This document shows, in pieces, positions 48,712-59,760 of a stretch of DNA of 64,000 nucleotides; within the stretch, counting starts at the first letter, position 1; every line of letters starts with the position of its first letter. The notes under the pieces are model-generated. The model was not told the origin of the DNA, did no database searches, and worked only from the letters and a program-made list of their open reading frames with translations. Both the position numbers and the translations under genes were made by a program. This DNA comes from Marsupella aquatica (taxonomy: Eukaryota > Plantae > Marchantiophyta), in contig OZ316891.1 of the NCBI GenBank assembly GCA_973895155.1, forward strand, positions 14,849,037 to 14,913,036, given 5' to 3'.

Positions 48712-51700
48712 ATGGAGAGAGCGGGTCCATTGAGGGGTTTGTGGAGGAGAGGGGTTGCTATGAGTGAAGTGATGAAAGGTAGCAGCCTAATCCTGCCGGT
48801 GTTCGGGCCCCCTGTGCAGATTCTGCCACAGCAGCAGGCCCCGCACCTCTCCTCTGCCTCTACCCCTTGCTCCACCATCCAGACTTCCCATTTCCAGCCC
48901 TCTCGACTGGTTCGCCAGCATTCCTCGCTTGCAGTGGGGTGGATCCCCAGGTTCTTACCTACATTTCCCTTTCGTCCGTTACTGTTTAATTTCCGTCCTT
49001 CTTGGCGTACATCCACGTCTTGCTTTTTGTGATTTTCGTTTAGAATTAATTTCTCATTCTTCTGTTGGCATTCTTGGAAAGTTTCCGCACATTTTGTAAT
49101 CAATATGCGGGCCTTCTTTTAAATCCTTCACTCAATGTAGGTACTGTAAATCGGTTCGATACAGGCCGTCAGGATTAAATGTCTTAGGTTGGGACCTATG
49201 AATTGAATGCAGGATTGCTCCATTCCGTTTTCTTTTCCGTTTCCGTTTTCCTTTCCCTTCCCCCCGCTTCGCTTCAGTAGATTGTAGAGCACTGGGACCA
49301 TTTTTTTCCTTCTCTGAAACTTGTAATGTTTCACTTTTTCAGGCATCAGCGGCAGCGGGTGCTTCTCATGGATAGGAAAGCGAAAGGTTCGACAGGTCAA
49401 GTATTATTACAATTACTTGAAATGCGTCTGGATAATACAATTTTTCGTTTGGGCATGGCTTCCACAATCCCGGGAGCAAGGCAATTGGTTAATCATAGAC
49501 ATATCTCAGTAAATAATGATATAGTTGATATTCCCAGTTACAGTTGTGAACTTGGTGATATTATTACAGTAAAAAATAAACAGAAAGCTGGAACTTTTTG
49601 TGTTAAGCATTTCCCTTCTTCTTTTAATGGAGATGTCAGACCGCTGGAACAGCAGAGACCTTGGTCGAAGGAAAAGTTGAACGACGCATTCACCTTGTAT
49701 CCAACCCGGGAACCGACGAGAACTGTGGATGTACATTCTTTCAATGGACCGTTTGACGAATCTCGTGGTTTACAAGGTGCAAGAGGGTATGGCAACAATG
49801 TAGCAGAGCTGGAGGCACGATCCCCTCAAATTCGCGTAAGAGCTCCCAACTGGAGGGAAGCTGCAATGATCATCGAGCAGAACCGGAACCCTTCACAAAA
49901 AGTCGTTGTTGGGATTGAGTCACGTCAACAGAACAGCCTAAGCAGAGATTGGTCTCGAGACACTGTACAAGGGAATGGCAATACGCACATGCATAGCGCT
50001 GGTACCACGAGTGAAGCAATTGCTGTCTTCCAGAGTCAACTACAACAAGGCATTACTCCAGACTCGTACACGTATGTTAAAGTTCTGCAAATGTGCTTGA
50101 AACAGAAAGACCTTTTAGCGGCCAAGCAGGTTCATGAGTGCATCATCCAGAGTAGATTCGATAACAATCCATATGTAGCGAACACCCTCCTGAACGTGTA
50201 CCTCCGATGCGGGAAATTGTTGGATGCAAGGAGAGTTTTTGATGAACTTGAGAAGAAGACTGTTGTTACATGGACCATAATGATTGCAGGATATGCGAAG
50301 TATGATCAGGCTAAATGTGCATTTGAAATTTTCAATCAAATGCGCCAAGAAGGTTGCCGGCCTGATTTAATCACATATTTGAGCATCCTGAAGGCATGTT
50401 CCGGCCCATTAGCTCTCAAATGGGGAAAAGAAGTTCATGTGTGTATTCGACAGGCCGGCTTTGAATCTGATGTTCGTGTACGGACTGCCCTCCTTAAGAT
50501 GTATGCAAAGTGCGGGGGCATGACGGAGGCAAGGCAAGTTTTTGAAAATCTGACCAATCGAGATGTCATCATATGGACAGTAATGATTGGCGGACTTGCA
50601 CAACATGGATGTGGGCATGAAGCATATCGGCTGTTTCTCCGAATGCGACGGGAAGGCTTCGAACCAGATGCAATCACTTATATCAGCATCCTACGTGGAT
50701 CTGCAAGTGCGGGGGCTTTGGAGTGGGTGAAGGAGGTTCATGGTCATGCCAGCAATGCGGGACTAGAGTCAGATTTGCGTGTGGCCAATGCACTGGTTCA
50801 CATGTATGCAGAGAGTGGCAGTATAGATGATGCCCGACGAGTTTTTGACAGAATGGAGAAACGCGATGTAGTCACATGGAATGCAATGATCGGTGGACTT
50901 GCACACCATGGATGTGCTCGTGAAGCCCTGGAACTCTTCAGACAAATGAATGCGGACCATGTAAAGCCCGACATGACAACACTGGGGACAGTGTTGTCAG
51001 CTTGTTGTCACGGTGGCCTTGTTGATGATGGCCGTAGACTATTTTCTTCGATGACGCAAGATTATGGCATCGAGCCTACTGTTGTGCATTATACCTGCAT
51101 CGTGGATCTTCTTGGGCGGGCTGGACACTTGGAGGAAGCACACCTCGTAATCAGAGACATGCCAATTGAACCCAATGTAGTAACTTGGACAGCCTTGCTT
51201 GGGGCTTGTAGAACTTACGGAAATGTTGAGTTGGGCGAACTTGTTGCAAACGAGCTTTTCAAGTTGGAACCCAGTAATGCTTCTGTGTATGTTCTCCTCT
51301 CCAACATCTATGCTGCTGCTGGTAAATGGGAGAAGGTTGCATTGGTGCGCACTATAATGCAAGAAAGAGGTATTCGGAAGGAGCCAGGGCGTAGCTGGAT
51401 TGAAGTTGATAGCAAGATCCATGAATTCTGTGTAGGGGATACGTCTCACCCAGAAGCGAAGGCGATATATAGTGAGCTCAATAAATTGACTGAAATGCTG
51501 AAGGCTGAAGGCTACATTGCGGATACCGGGCTTGTGTTGCGTGATGTCAATGAGGAGGATAAACAACTAGCGCTTTGCTCTCATAGTGAGAAGTTGGCTA
51601 TTGCTTACGGACTAATTCACATACCTCGGGAAGAACCAATTCGTGTAAGGAAGAACCTTCGGGTGTGTCCAGACTGCCACACTGCAACCAAGTTAATCTC

Positions 51701-51791
51701 TAAGGTAACAGGACGCGAGATTATAGCGAGGGATGCAAGTCGCTTCCACCATTTTAAAGATGGCGTGTGTTCTTGTGGTGATTATTGGTGA
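48712..51791 (+). CDS. PLS-E-DYW PPR protein (paralog 2) with an in-frame plastid Rps4 segment; exons 48712-48938 (or -48950), 49343-51791 (~891 aa, 11 PLS motifs)
   Basis: Same architecture as paralog 1, with PGRSW, HSEKLA, CPDCH and DYW intact. Acceptor TTTTTCAG|G at 49342/49343. Two phase-2 donors are possible. Confidence 0.93.
49374..49586 (+). other. rps4: Plastid-derived rps4 fragment (NUPT) encoding the S4 RNA-binding region, fused in frame inside the PPR gene
   Basis: Translates [71 protein letters not shown], the central part of chloroplast ribosomal protein S4. It uses AT-rich plastid-like codons (TTA TTA CAA TTA). It is absent at the equivalent site of paralog 1 (VLVLN-GKLGK-GSFCVKHF). 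Confidence 0.95.
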
Positions 51792-54700
51792 CCAGACTGA
51801 AAGCTGTGTTGCGCTGGCCGGAAAGTCACTGTAAACAGTTCTCACTTTAATCAGGTTTTCGTTGTACTAGGTACTTTTGTCAATAACATTTGTTTTCGGA
51901 GGAGCCTTTGCTTTGGATATGGACAAGTCTGTGCTTTGTTCCGTTGCCAGCTCTCAACTAAGTTATGGAGTCCTTTCCTCCAGATTGCTAGGTACGAAAG
52001 CGTGCTCTGGTTAGAATCATTCCCGTAGGAATTTCCGTGTGTTGTGAATGTGAAAGTTGTGAATCAGGTGGCTTTGAACCAGGTTCTCTATGTGGTTCGT
52101 AAATAGCAAGCTCCCAGACAGAGCGCTACCATTGCAAAATTTAGCAGTTCAAACTGGAACGTACTACTTAGGTACTAGCAAGTGACAGTATGCTCATCAA
52201 CATTTTTAGAAAGAGCGACAGTTATTTGGAAATTCTTTTCATATGAGAGTCCAAGCCATTGTTAAAGCAAGAAGGACATGGATTGGATTTCTTCTTACAG
52301 GTTGAAAGGTAGATTACATTAATAAGCAAACTAACTAGTGAAGAATTTGGTAAAACGCTACTGCAATGTACAATATGTGGACAGCCGATCAGCTCACTTG
52401 CGAACCGAGAGTGGTCTCGTGGCAACAATATTGTTTGATTCACGGTTATGTCAGATTCTATTGGTAGCGAGTCCAATTGGATAAACCCATTCAATGTCTT
52501 GTGTTTTATCTGGAGGTTTTTGGGTCAGTGGTGTTTTGAGAATTTTCGGTGAGTTTGGTGGAGAATTCTCTGACTGAGACTGCATTCTCTCGTTACATGG
52601 AAGTTCACTGCATTTTCTCTTTGGAATTTCTCAGATGTAGGCCTGTACCAACAACTTGGTTAGACTCAGTCCGTTCCATGCTGGGAGGGCCGTAATCGAT
52701 CAGGAGAACTATTTCGGGAGGAAGAAGACGCGATTCGAATGGAGATATTTTCCTCGTATCAAGGCATTCTCAGAAGCATAGGAGGTTACGTCGAAAGATT
52801 TCCCGTCTCGAGGAGTTCGAGTTACGTCCTTGGTGTTTTCTGTCTGATTTCGGATCTGTCTTTGATTGTGGACCATGGATTTCCGTTTTATTTTGAACTG
52901 ATAGTTTTTTGGTGATTTGCTGGATGAATCATCAAGCGATCATGCAAGTGACATTGCAAGGGGAAGTCTGTCTGCCGCAAAACCGAGAGTAATTAGGCCC
53001 AAATTTGGCTCACAACCTAGTCTGAATTGAGAGCTTTGAGATTTTGCAGCACGGGTTAATGGCCCTACCTTAAGCTCCATGGGATAAGAATTGTTGGGGG
53101 CCAATGCGGGCAAATCTATGTGGGCTGAGCATGGGGCTATACCCCACTACCTTCAAGATGTTTCGCTTTGTATCTTTCTGTACTTATGGGAAGAGAACAC
53201 GATCACAGGGCTGCTCTGCAAGGGCAGTCTGAGATTTGTTTACTACTAGTCCAGTGTAAAAAAGTAAAATCTCAGATTTCAGATTGTTTTCAAAAAATTA
53301 AGAAATGAAAAAAGTTGAAAATAAGAGTGAAAAATCTTTCACAGATTAAAGTGTACGAAGTCCTTATTATGCGGACATTGTGGGCAATATAAGCCATAAA
53401 ACCTTGGGGCTTAAACCCTCATTTTAGGGGCTTCATAACCCACAATGCCCTGGAAACAGGGCAGTACTATATAGTCAATTCCCTTCTGACATCTTGCGAG
53501 ATGATGTGGATGGAGGTTTCTGATGCCAGGAAAAGTGTCCCTTGTAACGTCTTGCATGATCTCTGGATTGAGGTTTCCGATGCCAAGAAAAAGTGTGCCG
53601 AGTTCACACATGCTGCATTCCTGCGCACATCACAATCCCTCCCCGCCAAAGTCACTTTGATTTGCACAAACTTTGTTTTCCTGTTGGGCGAACATCTTCA
53701 TACCAACCATCAAATGTTTTCAGAAACACAATTGCCACCGTTGGATAATCAAGTAAAATAAGAACTGTGGAATTTCTGAAGAATGACAACAAACTATGCT
53801 AAAATAACCCCCCAAACGGGAACCCTTTGACCAAATTTCTTGGATCCCAGGTACAAGTTAGAGCCCTTAAACCACGATTTTTCCTGGTCAAACCTGGTAG
53901 TACAAGGTTTCACTTTAACCATCTTTTTCCTGAAAATCATGGAGTACATTGGCATGGCAGAGTAAATCTTACTAGTAGAGCACGATGGAAACCTACTTTC
54001 CAGGGTTATTGTCTAGAGTGAAATCTCTAGACCCTGACTCTAAGAGAGTGACTGGGAAATAACAAGGAATCATTTTTTGCAAGATTTGTCTCATCCATAC
54101 CAAAGACAAGGATGACAGCAAAGGCTAACTAGAAATAATAAGAATTTTTTTTTTGCAGAATTGCTTAAATCTCTATTTAAATCTCTATTTAAGATCAAGG
54201 AACAGGTAATAGGCTAGGGTGAAAACAGGCGGAAGGTGTGACATATTTTCTACAATGCTAGTTGGTGGGTGCTAATAGTGGCTCAGGAAGCATCATTTAG
54301 TGGCTCAGGAAGCATCATTTTTAGGGAAATTGTTTACACAACCGATTGATTGACACTACATTCCAGACGATCCCAGCACTCTTAAATTTTGGGTCACATG
54401 AGCTCTGGTTTTGGTCTGTTGAAGTAGTATTGTGCGTCCATGGGCTCCGAAAGACTACCTTCTTAGCTCGATCAGCTCAGTTGAGCTCCATGTCAAATGA
54501 CCGATCACGGCTTATGCTGCAAGCACATTCGAGTGACAGGTCAGGGTTAGCATTGCACCTCCCTCCCAGCCACCACCATCGTCATGGCAATCAGCTTGGT
54601 GGAAATGCGGAAGGAGAAGAGATGAAATGGCTGAGGATGTAGCAATGGAGGTGAAGTAAGGTCGAGTCTTCACATGTCCCAGAGGAGTAGGGTTGAGGGT

Positions 54701-54811
54701 TTAATGGTGAACTGGGGAACTGGGAAGCTAGCGTTGGCCTTCGAGAAGGGGCGTGGCAGACGAAAACGTGGAGCAGATCAGAGGGAGTGGAGGGGCTGAG
54801 AGATGGGAAAA

Positions 54812-57800
54812 ATGGAGCGAGCAGGTCCATTGAGGCGAGTATGGAGGAGAGGGGTTGGCATGAGTGAAGTGATGGAAGGCAGCAACCTAATCCTGCCGGA
54901 GTTCGGGCCCCCGTTGCAGATTCTGCCACAGCAGCAGGGCCCATACCTGTCGTCTGCCTCCACCTCTTGCTCCGCCATCCTGTCTTCCCACTTCCAGCCC
55001 TGTCGACTGGTTCGCCAGCATTTTCCGCCTACCATGAGGTCGATCCCAAGGTTCTTACCTACGTTTCAATTTTGTCCGTTGTTGTTTAGTTTCTGTATTT
55101 CTTGACGTACACACACGTTACCTTCAGCTTATTGTGATGTTGGTTTAGATTTACTTTCTCATTCTTCGCTGATATTCTTGGAACTTCTTCGCAAATGTTG
55201 AAATTTATAAGTGGGCCTGTTGTTTTTTTTAATCCTTCGCTCATTATTATTCACTGGGAGGTACTCCAATCCGTTTCGACATAGGCTGCAGGGATGAAAT
55301 TTCTTAAGTTCGGTCCTGTGAATTCGATTGAGGACCTCGCTTCCCTTCCCTTCGGTTCCCCTTTCATTTCCCTTTTCGTTTCCCTTTCCCTTTTACTTCC
55401 CAGAACCAGAAGTATAACGGCGAACGATGTGTTCGAGATTCGAGAGGCCGAACGTCTATCCAAAGAGGAAGAGGGGCACCCTTCAGCTGTCTCTGAAGAA
55501 GGGGTGATTGAGATTTTAGTAAAACAGGACCAGGAAACCGAGGCGCTGATCAGGAAAGCAGTATGGATGGATGGCCGGTCAACTCCAACATGGATGAATG
55601 CAGGGCTCAATTTGATTGCCCAGGGCAGATTGCAGTCTCGTGCCAGTCATGGCAGCAGAGATTGGTCTCCAGACACTGCGCAAGGAAATGGCAGTACGCA
55701 CATGCATAGCGCTGGTAGCACGAGTCAAGCAATGGTTATTTTAAAGAATCGTCTACAACGAGGTATTACTGTCGACTCGTACATGTATGTTGATGTTCTG
55801 AGAAGGTGTTCCAAGCAGAAAGACCTTTTAACGGCCAAGCAGGTTCATGATTGCATAATTCAGACTGGAATGGATAAGAATCCATATGTGGCTCGCTCCC
55901 TCGTGAATGTGTACATCGAATGCGGGGAATTGTTGGATGCACGCAGAGTTTTTGATGAACTGCAGAAGAAAACAGTTGTTTCATGGAGCGTGATGATTGC
56001 AGGATATGCAAAGTATGATCAGGCTGAGTCCGCATTCGAAATTTTCAATCAAATGCGCCAAGAAGGTTGCCGGCCTGATGAGATCACATATTTGAGCATC
56101 CTGAAGGCCTGCGCTAGCCCATTAGCTCTCAATTGGGGAAAACAAGTTCATCAGTGTATTCGACATGCCGGCTTTGAATCGGATGTTCGTGTAGGGACTG
56201 CCCTCCTTAAGATGTATGCAAAGTGCGGGTGCATAATGGAGGCAAGGCGAGCTTTTGAAAATTTGACCTATCGAGATATCGTCACTTGGAATGCCATGAT
56301 CGGTGGACTTGCACAACATGGATGTGGGTATGAAGCATATCGACTGTTTCTCCAAATGCGACGCGAAGGCTACGAACCAAATGCAATCACATATATGAGC
56401 ATCCTCAATGCAGCTGCAAGTGCGGGCGCTTTGGAGTGGGTGAAGGAGGTTCATCGCAATGCCAGCAGAGCGGGACTGGATTCAGACTTGCGTGTCGGCA
56501 ATGCACTGGTTCATATGTATGCGCAGAGTGGCAGTCTTGATGACGCTCGACTAGTTTTTGACAGAATGGAGAAACGCGATGTAATCACATGGAATGCAAT
56601 GATCGGTGGACTTGCTTACCATGGATGTGGGCATGAAGCATATCGACAGTTTGTTCAAATGCGACGGAAAGGGTTAGAACCAAATGTAGTCACTTTTATG
56701 AGCATCCTAAATGCATCTGCAAGTGCTGGGGCTTTGGAGTGGGTGAGGGACGTTCACGGGCAAGCTAGCAAAGCGGGACTGGAGTCGGATTTGCGTCTGG
56801 GCAATGCACTGGTTCACATGTATGCAGAGAGTGGCAGTATAAATGATGCCCGACGAGTGTTTGACAGAATGGACAAACGAGATGTAGTCACATGGAATGT
56901 AATGATTGGTGGACTTGCACATCATGGATGTGGGCATGAAGCATATCGACTTTTTCTTCAAATGCGACTGGAAGGCTTCGAACCTGATGCAATCACTTAT
57001 ATGAGCATCCTAAATTCATCTGCAAGTGCGGGGGCTTTGGAGTGGGTGAAGGAGGTTCATCGCCACGCTAGCCAAGCTGGACTGGAGTCTGATAAGCGTG
57101 TGGGGATTGCACTGATTCACATGTATGCAGAGAGTGGCAGTATAGATGATGCCCGACAGGTTTTTGACAGAACGGAGAAACCCGATGTAGTCACATGGAA
57201 TGTAATGATTGGTGGACTCGCAAAACATGGACGTGGACATGAAGCATACGGAATGTTTCTCCAAATGCGGCGGCAAGGCTTTGAGCCAAATGCAATCACT
57301 TACATGAGCATCCTAAATTCATCTGCAAGTGCAGGGGCTTTGGAGTGGGTGAGGGACGTTCATGGCGAAGCTTGCAAAGCGGGACTGGGGTCAGATTTGC
57401 GTTTGGGCAATGCACTGGTTCACATGTATGCAGAGAGTGGTAGTATCGATGATGCCCGACGGGTTTTTGATAGAATGGAGACACGTGATGTAGTCACATG
57501 GAATGTAATGATCGGTGGGCTCGCAAAACATGCATGTTGGCATGAAGCATATCGACTGTTTCTGGGAATGCGGCGGGAAGGCATAGAAGCAAATGCAATC
57601 ACTTATATGAGCATCCTAAATGCATCAGCAAGTGCTGGGGCTTTGGAGTGGGTGAAGGAGGTTCATGGCCAAGCTAGCAAAGCGGGACTGGAGTCGGATT
57701 TGCGTTTGGCCAATGCACTGGTTCACGTGTATGCAGAGAACGGCAGTATAGATGACGCCCGACGAGTTTTTGACAAAATGGAGAAACGCGATGTAGTCAC

Positions 57801-58716
57801 ATGGAATGCAATAATCGGTGGACTTGCACAGCATGGATATGGGCATGAAGCCCTGGAACTTTTCACAAAAATGAATGCGGACGGTGTGAAGCCCGACGGG
57901 ACTTCATTCGTGGCAGTGTTGTCAGCTTGTTGTCACGGAGGCCTTGTTGATGATGGCCGTAGACTCTTTTCTTCGATGACGCAAGATTATGGCATCGAGC
58001 CTACTGTTGTGCATTATACTTGCGTGGTGGATCTTCTTGGGCGGGCTGGACACTTGGAGGAAGCACACCTCGTTATCAGAGACATGCCCATCGAACCGAA
58101 TGTAGTAACTTGGACAGCCTTGCTTGGGGCTTGTAGAACTTACGGTAATGTGGAGTTGGGCGAACTTGTCGCGAACGAGCTTTTCAAGTTGGAGCCCAAT
58201 AAGGCTTCTGCATATGTGCTTCTCTCCAATATCTATGCTGGAGCTGGCAAATGGGAGAAGGTCTCATTGGTGCGCGCTATGATGCAAGAGAGAGATGTTC
58301 GGAAGGAGCCAGGGCGTAGCTGGATTGAAGTTGACAACAAAATCCATGAATTTTGTGTAGGGGATACATCTCACCCAGAAGCGAAGGCGATATATAGTGA
58401 GCTCAATAAATTGACGGAGAAACTGAAGGCTGAAGGCTACATTCCGGATACCCGGCTGGTGTTGCATGATATCAATGAGGAGAATAAAGAACTAGCGCTG
58501 TGCTCTCATAGTGAGAAGTTGGCTATTGTTTACGGACTAATTCACATACCTCGGGAAGAACCAATTCGTGTAAGGAAGAACCTTCGGGTGTGTCCAGACT
58601 GCCACACTGCAACCAAGTTAATCTCTAAGGTAACAGGACGCGAGATTATAGCGAGGGATGCAAATCGGTTTCACCATTTTAAAGGTGGTGTGTGTTCTTG
58701 TGGCAATTACTGGTGA
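54812..58716 (+). CDS. PLS-E-DYW PPR protein (paralog 3, ends NYW); exons 54812 (or 54803)-55038 (or -55050), 55404-58716 (~1179 aa, 23 PLS motifs)
   Basis: Conserved exon 1. Pyrimidine-rich acceptor TTTTACTTCCCAG|A at 55403/55404 is in the correct phase. Long PLS array, then PGRSW, HSEKLA, CPDCH and CSCGNYW. Confidence 0.92.
56278..57792 (+). repeat. 5 x 303-bp tandem P-L-S module inside PPR paralog 3
   Basis: (I/V)(V/I)TWN(A/V)MIGGLA...ASAGALEWV...[11 protein letters not shown]...RD starts at 56278, 56581, 56884, 57187 and 57490, an exact 303-nt period. Confidence 0.95.
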
Positions 58717-59760
58717 CCAGACTGAAAGCTGTGTTGCGCTGTTTGGAAACTGACTGTAGTCAGTACTAGGCAGTGGAGCTCGGATATAATCAGGTTTTCG
58801 ATGTGTACTTGATGAACGGGATAGCATTATTTTGTAGAGGTTTATATTGCAGCCCTTGGCGACGGCAGTTCTGTGAGAGGAACTTTGACATCATGCAATT
58901 TTGCGTTGTAACTTGCCCTTATGAAGCTTAAAGAACTGTTTCATCCGTTCAACACTTTTACGAGCAACGTGAAGCAAAACAATCAATCGGGAATAGAAAC
59001 CGTGGGTCACCCTTAGCGTTGACAAGCGTTCAATTTCCACTTTTCATGGGATGACAAAGAACAGGAAGGCTGTGTGAGATGCGTGTCGCAAATGTGCCAA
59101 TAAATCTCTTGGGTTGAAGTGTACAAAAGTTCTTTCGTTAAATTGTGTGGTGCACGTGGCATCACGTTTGTCAAGAACACTTTCTTTAGGACGAATTCTG
59201 AGTTGAGTATTGTTAGATATGATGACCGTTCATAGATAGGGCATACGGTTTTCAATAGTTTATTGGCAGCTGAGACCCAAATAGTCTCTTGGCCTCAACC
59301 AGATTCAGAATATGAGGTTCTGAAGAGAAAAAGTTGTGGACAAAAGGAGTTTCTGACGAGGTCAGGAGTGCATTTTGTAATTTCAGACTTCTGAGGAAAA
59401 CTTACGCTACTCTGGGCAATGTCCCGCGCTGGAAAAGCTTCAAATTGGGAAATGTGGAACAAGCTCAAGGCGGATGGCGAGGCTTTGTGTTTTTCGTCCA
59501 ACTAAGTTCGCATAGGTCAAGGACTATGGACTATTGAATGACATACATAAACAAAGGTGTGTAATGGAACGGATAGACAAATGTGACAATCACAATCACG
59601 GCCGAAACTCTCTCAGGCGAGCGTTTTGCTGTTGATATCCATGCATTACATCTGTAATGGAGTCCTCCCCGGTCAGCTTCTAAGGCCTGGAAAATCTGTG
59701 CATCCTTCAAATTTTGTACATTTCTAAAGTCATCATGCTTCACAGCTTTCGATCTTGTTC

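Noticed and set aside
49480-49510. Idea that PPR paralog 2 targets the rps4 site it captured
   Set aside because: The sequence upstream of C49507 matches the predicted pattern (YGnGGnUUnA) only at a few positions and mismatches at -6, -10 and -12. Not convincing.
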